32,000 nucleotides of DNA from Pirellula staleyi DSM 6068 (lineage in GTDB: Bacteria > Planctomycetota > Planctomycetia > Pirellulales > Pirellulaceae). The translations under genes were made by a program, and so were the position numbers. The notes beneath the pieces were generated by a model. The model ran no database searches, was not told the DNA's origin, and saw nothing but the letters and a program-made list of their open reading frames with translations. Of the stretch, positions 26,244 through 32,000 are shown piece by piece. Position 1 is the first letter of the stretch, and the number at the start of each line of letters is the position of its first letter. Location: NCBI GenBank assembly GCA_000025185.1, contig CP001848.1, forward strand, positions 4,800,001-4,832,000, in the 5' to 3' direction.

Positions 26244-29200
26244 TTATGCATCGCAGTTTGGAGGACATGGTTCTATAATAAGCATTGGAGGTAGAATCAG
26301 TATAAATCTAGGTAAGGCAGTAAGTGATGCCAGGAGCAGTGAGGGCTGCCAGAATGGTTTCGGTGGCGCCGAAGGTGGGACTGGTCTGACCGGAACAGGT
26401 CTGAGAGCAGGGCTGCAGGGTGGGATATCAACTGTCGGATATCGATATCTAACAGGCTTGCGCACAGGAACTGGTCGCTTATTATCCTGCAGGGGAGGGG
26501 GGCAGGCTTTTGCAATTAGCTCCAAAAATTCGCGATCGCGATTTTCTCCCGTTGAGTAGTTTATGAGCTCAATTGATGGAATCGAAATTTTTAGGTGCGA
26601 GAGAGCAGCTAGCATTCCGATTCTCAAGTTGTTTATTGCTATAAGGTATTGGCAGCACGATGCTCCCACAGCTTTTAGCTGTGCGATTGTTATGTCATGC
26701 CAGTATTGATATTTCAACTTGTATTCAACGGTATAGTGTGCACCTTGGCTGCTAGCGCTTAACTCGCCTAGTTCCGTAGTAAAGTCATCAATGTTGAAAT
26801 TTAGTGGTGGCTTGCAAAATGAGTCGGCCACGCTTTGGCCAAATTCCGTTCTTTGTCCAATCTGGCGAAACCAGTGGTGCCTTGATTTTCCAGATGGATC
26901 ACTATGTATAAGCGGATAGTTTTCAACATATCGATAGAGTGCCCTGTCGTTGTTCAAGTAACCAATTGGGTCTCTATTAATCCAGTTCCCAAGCTTGGAG
27001 TGTAGAATTCGAAATCGCACATGAGAGAGGTGGGTGTTGAGTTCGAGGTAGTAGCTGCAGTAGAGTTGGTTCCAGGCGTAGGAGTTGGCGGCGGTAACGA
27101 AGGCGGTGTCGAGGGAAGTGGGAACGCCGTAGGGGTCGTAAACGAATCGAGTGGTAAGTTTGTCTAGGACCGTATCGGGATAGTAGAGCGCAACCATGTT
27201 CCAGTTGGCGTCTTGCAGGCCATAGATTCGTTCATCGAAAGGATCGGGTGGCGAAGTGCTGCGGTCGCGGAGGACAAGGTCGTCGATGTAACGCAGGCCC
27301 CATGTTTGCTGACGCTCGACGATCATTGTGGGTGTCGAAGAACTTGATGACGAGGATGAAGAACTGCTGACGGGTTCGGGCTGCTCAAGCCGTTCTTCAA
27401 TGTCCTGCCAGATGCTGGTGTAATAGTAGTGGCGATAGGCTAGTTCACTGCCCAGCGATCCCACAGGAGTGCCAACCTTGATGCGCCAAGTTTGGCCGCT
27501 GTACTCATTCTCCTGCACAGTCTGCCAAGCGTCGGACTCATCTTGCTCCTCGAGTTTGACCAGTCGATTCCAGGGGTCCCAGGTGGCGCGATAGGCAATA
27601 TCCATCACCTTGGGCTGCGGAATCATCGTCATGTTGCCGTTGCGGTCGTACAATGGCGCGGCCCACTCAGGGCCAACCGTGCGAGCAATCGCAGTGATCT
27701 CGTTCACCGTGTTGCTAGTCCGCTGCTGATCAATAATCTGCGAGATGTCGCTCGGCACGTTCTGCGTGAAGTTCGACCAGTTGCCCGTCGCATCCAGATC
27801 CCATCGCTGCTGCAGCGCCGGACTGGTGATCGCTTGATGATCGATGGACAACCGACCACGATGGAACTTCTTCAGTCGCTGCAGACCGTCGTATTCATAC
27901 AACTCATCAAAATCTTTGTCGTAAGACTGGGCAACCAAGTCTTCCTTATAAGTCCGGCTCGACGAGCGATTATAGCCATACTTCAGATGCACCAAGCTGC
28001 TGCCTGATCCTGAACTCGACGACGAAGAAGAGCTGCTCGCGCCATACGCTGTCCACCAGTGGTCGATCACGCGGCCGAAGCGATCGAAGCCTGCATAGGG
28101 ATTGGCGCCACTTCCGAGCACATAGTCGAGCTTGATTTCGGGCTCCAGGTAGTCGGTGGTTACGAAGGTCGACAGCCCGAGGTAGGTATACTGGCACACC
28201 TCGGTCGCATCCTTGCTGAGCGTGCGAACCCGCGAGAGATTGTCAGCAGCCGTATCGTCGTACAAATACGACAGCACCTCGCCACTGGGATAGGTCATGC
28301 TCGTGAGGCGAATGGTGTTATCACTCCCATTCTCATAGCTATAGCCGACCTTCGGTGTGCCCGCATCAACCGCTCCGTCGTGCTCCTGGTACTGCTCGAC
28401 CAACTGCCCAAAGTCGTTGTAGGAATTCTGCACTTCGTTGACAGGTGCTGTGCCCGAGGTGTCACTGAAGCTGGTGATTTTCTCGACCAGTCCCCGCACA
28501 TCGAACGTGGCGCCGATCCGCAGCACACCATCATCGACGCCGCTGGCGAGCGTGGTGACGGTGTCAGCCGTCTGCCGCCCGAGCTTGTCGTAGCTGTAGC
28601 TATGCACCGAGCCGTTTTGATCGCGCATGGTCTTGCGCTCTCCTTGGCGGTTGTAGCTGTACGTGACGCGGTCATCGGCATCAGCCGCGTCGGGATAAAT
28701 CTCCGCGGAAAGCAAATCGTTCGAGGCGATATCGGAACCGCCTGCCGTCGTCACTTTGTATTCATACCGCGTCGTCTGGTCCCCGGTCAAAGGATTTTTG
28801 GCGATCAGTGCAATCAGTTGCCCGCCAGGACCATACTGCATCTCGGTCGTCACGTTCTCTTCTGCCCCCGGGCAGGAGCATTCACTGCACGCTTCATGGC
28901 CGCAAGCATCACAGTCGCACGGAACATAGTTCTGGATCGTGCGAACCGTCCGTCCCGCATCATCAGCATCGACATGGCTGACCATGCCGCTCGGGTCCAC
29001 ACTTTCAAACGCCTCACCCCGGGCATTGTACCGCGAGAGGCTCACAAGCACCTCGTCGCTCGACGCTGGTGCAATGCTCGGCCGCGTAGGGGGACCGGCG
29101 TTATCGTTGGTGCCATAGCTGGCACTGGCAATCGAACGACCGATTCCATCGTACCACATCGCCATGTAGCTATCGCGACTTTTCGGCTCCGAACCACTTG

Positions 29201-32000
29201 GCCCCTGCAAACTGCCGGTTCCTGTCGCATTATGAAACCGCTGACGGCTGGTGGCAAACAGCACGTTGCTGGCATTGTCGTAAAGCGTTTCCGATTGCTC
29301 AAAAATCGTATCCCCGGTGACCGTGAGCGCATCGGCGTAACTGGTCTCTGAAGTGTCGTAGCCGGTGAACGTCGCTGTCGATCTTCCCACGCCGTCGTAG
29401 AACGTCTTGCTAAACGCCTTGCTCCCAGCAGGCTGTAGCTTGGCCACATTCCCCCGTGCGTCGTACCAGGTCTGATCCACCAGGCTGTTGCCAATCGAGC
29501 CGCTGGATGGATTCACGGCATACGTGATCGACTGATAGACTCGGCCCAGATCGTCGTAGAGCGTTTCCTGCTTGCCGAGAAGGGTTCCACTGCTGGTGGT
29601 GTTACGCCTTTGCGTGACGACGACTCGATCGAGATTGTCGTACTCATACTCCATGTAGAGGTCGATTTCGCCATCGACCGAGATTCGGCGATTCCGCCAA
29701 TCGTAGGTATACTCGGTCACACGATCGTCGCCGCTGGTGCTATTGACGTGCTGCGTTTCGCGGGTCAAGTTCCTATCGCCGCCACCTGTGCCACCATCAT
29801 ACTGATAGGAAGTGATTAGTCTCGATTCGGATATGCTTCCACCAGCGTTGAGGTAATTGACGATTGTAAGTGCATCAAGCGGAGTGACAACACCGTTACC
29901 ACTGACGTCATAATAAGGGGGTGGTGGAGGAGGGTTGACTGGTGGCTCAGGAAGCGTAGTACTGCCTGGGTTTGCGTTCAAGAAATTAATTACAAGAAGT
30001 GCATCGACATCCGTCACCTCGCCATCGTCGTTGACATCCAGGCGATTCACTTGATTTTGCCACGACCTGCCTGGAGTTCCAGGGAACTCTGTATCGATCG
30101 CAGCACTCCGAGAAATCGGTAGTCCTCGAACGTCAAAAATCGTGGTAGAGACAGAGCCACTTGCGCTCATCACATAATTCTGTCGCCCCATCGAATCGTA
30201 GCGGTAGTAGGTTCGATTGAAGTTGACATTCTTTTTCCCGAGTCCCGACTCAGGAATGTCAAAATAAACATCGCTACTTACAAGCTGACTCTTGTCGTTG
30301 TAAGTGCTGGTGCTCCACCGAACGTAGGACGACTGCTCGAACGTATCACTTGCGAGCAATAGTCCCGGGCTGCTAGTGCTGGTGCCCCGCGTGGCCTGGA
30401 TTTGCTGGACCGGACGCCCGGCATCGTCGCTCTTGGTGATCGAAATGGGGTTGTAGAGCGTGTATTCGCTATGGGCGGAGCCCGAGGCATACCCCTGAGC
30501 AGACCGCACTTCTTCGAGGGTATCGAGATAAAGCGTATTGGAGATGGTTCGCACACTCGTGCTAACGCCATCGATCACTGCATCATGGATGGGACCCTGG
30601 CTTAGCGTCGTTCTGCCAAGCAGATCGATAGAGTAGTCGGTTGTAAGGTGGAGGCCACCACCAGCGGGAGTGCTCCAGCCACTGGGAACTGACAACTGGG
30701 TATCGTCCACATCCACAATCGACTGGACGAGGGCCCCGGTCGCTACATCATAGCCCTGATTGTTGATGTACCCCGCTTCATCTCGAGTCCATATCAACTC
30801 CCCAATCACGCTGTAGCGCTCGGCTCGCGTATTGGAACTGTTCGAGCCATTTTGAGCCGTTGGAATCGCAGGTAATGTGGTTACTCGCTCGAGGATGGCA
30901 GGGAGAGCCGACTGCCAAGTGTAGCTGTAGTTGGTCTCCACCGCACCCGTGCCGTTATCGTTGCGGAATGACTTATCTTGTGCTGGGTAAACAGTCTCGG
31001 TCACTACCGTCCGGCGGAAGTACTTCATTTCCTGGAGGGTGATCGGCGTTCCACCAGTTCCTCGCTTGATCTTCTGCGATTTCTTATAGCCCTTGACGTC
31101 GCCCGCTTGGCTTGGTGACGAAGTGGTGCCGGTGATGGCCGTAGCTGTGGTTGAGGTTGGGTATTCGTGCAGCTCAATCAGGCCGTCACTGCTGTAGAGC
31201 GAAACCGAAAGTGGGGCGCTCGTGCTGCTGAGTGACCAACTTTGGACTGCCGAAGAATTCGCGTGGCTGATCACCCGAGCGGAAGTGTCGTACTCAAAGA
31301 AGTTGCACCAGCTTTGGCTTGTGGTGGCGTCTTCGAGCACATGCAGAATCGCTTGTCCGATGTAATTGGTGAAGACGGTGACGATCGAGTTGTCAGGCTG
31401 CGTCATCACCATGCGGACACGCCACTCGTTGAGGTCATCAACGAGCGTGCCAGTGCGATTAGTGAGAGCGAACGAATACTCGCGAGCCCCACCCATCACC
31501 ACTTCTCGCGTCACCTGCTGATTGGAATCGTATTCCAGGCGATAGTCGGCAAAGGGATCAAGCTCTGACGAATCGGCCCAAAGGGGGTCAATTCCAGCAA
31601 GTACTGCGCGGCGGTACGACTCTGGACTGAGCACGTACCAAAGTCCATGCTGAAACCCGACGCCGTCCGCTGAGTCAATGTAATAGCGATAGTAGTGGGT
31701 CTTGGGATCTTCCCATTCAGAACCATTCCATCGCTCCGAGACCGTCATCTTCAGATCGTTGAGGCTGCCATAACCATCCGTCCCATCGTAGTACTCGTAG
31801 CTGCATCGCTGGATGTTCTGATACGGTCCGCTTCCAAGTCGTCGCTCCAGCGTTACCGATGTGAGCAGGGCGCCACTGTAGGAATAGGAATATTTTTCCG
31901 TGTAGTACAACATGCCATCGCTGTAGGTTTTCTGAACCTCGGCGATCGAACTGCTCGTATAGGAGGTAACTTCGAGAAGCTGTCCACCGGACATCGTTGC
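26244..32000 (-). CDS. Rhs/YD-repeat polymorphic toxin (partial; N-terminus beyond the window)
   Basis: Many YD repeats (YEYDNLDRVV, YDDLGRVYQS, YDARGNVAKL, YDGVGRSTAT, YNRQGERKTM, YDKLGRQTAD). The RHS-associated core end is FVYDPYGVPT...NWINRDPIGYLNNDRALYRYVENYPLIHSDPSGKS. The frame stays open from Met 31994 to the window edge. Confidence 0.9.
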   Translation of the reverse strand, partial: ATMSGGQLLEVTSYTSSSIAEVQKTYSDGMLYYTEKYSYSYSGALLTSVTLERRLGSGPYQNIQRCSYEYYDGTDGYGSLNDLKMTVSERWNGSEWEDPKTHYYRYYIDSADGVGFQHGLWYVLSPESYRRAVLAGIDPLWADSSELDPFADYRLEYDSNQQVTREVVMGGAREYSFALTNRTGTLVDDLNEWRVRMVMTQPDNSIVTVFTNYIGQAILHVLEDATTSQSWCNFFEYDTSARVISHANSSAVQSWSLSSTSAPLSVSLYSSDGLIELHEYPTSTTATAITGTTSSPSQAGDVKGYKKSQKIKRGTGGTPITLQEMKYFRRTVVTETVYPAQDKSFRNDNGTGAVETNYSYTWQSALPAILERVTTLPAIPTAQNGSNSSNTRAERYSVIGELIWTRDEAGYINNQGYDVATGALVQSIVDVDDTQLSVPSGWSTPAGGGLHLTTDYSIDLLGRTTLSQGPIHDAVIDGVSTSVRTISNTLYLDTLEEVRSAQGYASGSAHSEYTLYNPISITKSDDAGRPVQQIQATRGTSTSSPGLLLASDTFEQSSYVRWSTSTYNDKSQLVSSDVYFDIPESGLGKKNVNFNRTYYRYDSMGRQNYVMSASGSVSTTIFDVRGLPISRSAAIDTEFPGTPGRSWQNQVNRLDVNDDGEVTDVDALLVINFLNANPGSTTLPEPPVNPPPPPPYYDVSGNGVVTPLDALTIVNYLNAGGSISESRLITSYQYDGGTGGGDRNLTRETQHVNSTSGDDRVTEYTYDWRNRRISVDGEIDLYMEYEYDNLDRVVVTQRRNTTSSGTLLGKQETLYDDLGRVYQSITYAVNPSSGSIGNSLVDQTWYDARGNVAKLQPAGSKAFSKTFYDGVGRSTATFTGYDTSETSYADALTVTGDTIFEQSETLYDNASNVLFATSRQRFHNATGTGSLQGPSGSEPKSRDSYMAMWYDGIGRSIASASYGTNDNAGPPTRPSIAPASSDEVLVSLSRYNARGEAFESVDPSGMVSHVDADDAGRTVRTIQNYVPCDCDACGHEACSECSCPGAEENVTTEMQYGPGGQLIALIAKNPLTGDQTTRYEYKVTTAGGSDIASNDLLSAEIYPDAADADDRVTYSYNRQGERKTMRDQNGSVHSYSYDKLGRQTADTVTTLASGVDDGVLRIGATFDVRGLVEKITSFSDTSGTAPVNEVQNSYNDFGQLVEQYQEHDGAVDAGTPKVGYSYENGSDNTIRLTSMTYPSGEVLSYLYDDTAADNLSRVRTLSKDATEVCQYTYLGLSTFVTTDYLEPEIKLDYVLGSGANPYAGFDRFGRVIDHWWTAYGASSSSSSSSSGSGSSLVHLKYGYNRSSSRTYKEDLVAQSYDKDFDELYEYDGLQRLKKFHRGRLSIDHQAITSPALQQRWDLDATGNWSNFTQNVPSDISQIIDQQRTSNTVNEITAIARTVGPEWAAPLYDRNGNMTMIPQPKVMDIAYRATWDPWNRLVKLEEQDESDAWQTVQENEYSGQTWRIKVGTPVGSLGSELAYRHYYYTSIWQDIEERLEQPEPVSSSSSSSSSSSTPTMIVERQQTWGLRYIDDLVLRDRSTSPPDPFDERIYGLQDANWNMVALYYPDTVLDKLTTRFVYDPYGVPTSLDTAFVTAANSYAWNQLYCSYYLELNTHLSHVRFRILHSKLGNWINRDPIGYLNNDRALYRYVENYPLIHSDPSGKSRHHWFRQIGQRTEFGQSVADSFCKPPLNFNIDDFTTELGELSASSQGAHYTVEYKLKYQYWHDITIAQLKAVGASCCQYLIAINNLRIGMLAALSHLKISIPSIELINYSTGENRDREFLELIAKACPPPLQDNKRPVPVRKPVRYRYPTVDIPPCSPALRPVPVRPVPPSAPPKPFWQPSLLLASLTALPRFILILPPMLIIEPCPPNCDA
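26247..26882 (-). other. Variable C-terminal toxin domain of the Rhs protein (212 aa after DPSGKS), family not recognised
   Basis: RHHWFRQIGQ...PLNFNIDDFTTELGELSASSQGAHYTVEYKLKY, then a Pro-rich stretch (RPVPVRKPVRYRYP...RPVPVRPVPPSAPPKP), then a hydrophobic tail SLLLASLTALPRFILILPPMLII. Composition turns AT-rich from about 27010 downward. Confidence 0.6.
27721..28355. repeat. Copy B (~635 bp) of the repeat, inside the intact rhs gene
   Basis: See copy A. The extra 9 nt (gatcgaagc context, encoding DRF) sit in a short cgaagc direct-repeat context. Confidence 0.85.
29839..30038 (-). other. Dockerin-like / EF-hand-like repeat pair embedded in the Rhs protein
   Basis: DVNDDGEVTDVDALLVINFLN, a PPVNPPPPPP linker, then DVSGNGVVTPLDALTIVNYLN. 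Confidence 0.6.

Noticed and set aside
26297-26515. 72-aa minus-strand ORF overlapping the rhs 3' end, considered as a hidden immunity gene
   Set aside because: It lies entirely inside the rhs reading frame in another phase. It has no start context or features, and its translation is low complexity.
28059-29351. 430-aa plus-strand ORF, plus other plus-strand ORFs within 26.2-32 kb
   Set aside because: They are antisense to the Rhs gene and have low-complexity, Arg-rich translations.
1-32000. Scan for CRISPR arrays, tRNA, rRNA and tandem repeats in intergenic regions
   Set aside because: I saw no regularly spaced direct repeats, cloverleaf-like sequences or rRNA-like stretches. The only large repeat is the rhs duplication reported above.

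Overview
High-GC window whose gene content suggests a Planctomycetota (Pirellulales-like) genome; that placement is inference. The clues are many sulfatases, a Pirellula/Verrucomicrobium-type dehydrogenase plus heme-binding giant protein, and dockerin-like modules. Positions 1-19.6 kb are ordinary chromosome: an ArnT/PMT-like glycosyltransferase (partial), the giant dehydrogenase/cytochrome c protein, a His-rich lipoprotein, an arylsulfatase, an HDOD protein, an AAA+ ATPase, a four-gene xanthine-dehydrogenase-family operon (FAD, 2Fe-2S and Mo subunits) ending in a MoaD/ThiS-like GG protein, dcd, nth, a DUF309 protein and a blaI/blaR1-like pair. Positions 19.9-32 kb are a plastic region. A sulfatase gene is cut after about 49 codons by an IS66-family element (tnpA/tnpB/tnpC). 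Next come a translationally coupled orphan toxin-like/immunity-like ORF pair, a GYF-domain membrane protein, and a ~630 bp internal fragment of an Rhs gene joined to an IS5-family transposase 3' remnant. The region ends with an AT-rich DUF1963/YwqG-like gene and a giant Rhs/YD-repeat polymorphic toxin (>1916 aa, open at the window edge) carrying an AT-rich C-terminal domain I cannot assign. That terminal Rhs toxin cassette with its putative immunity gene, and the orphan pair, are the best candidates for something undescribed. No rRNA, tRNA or CRISPR array was recognised. All family calls come from motif recognition by eye; no searches were run.
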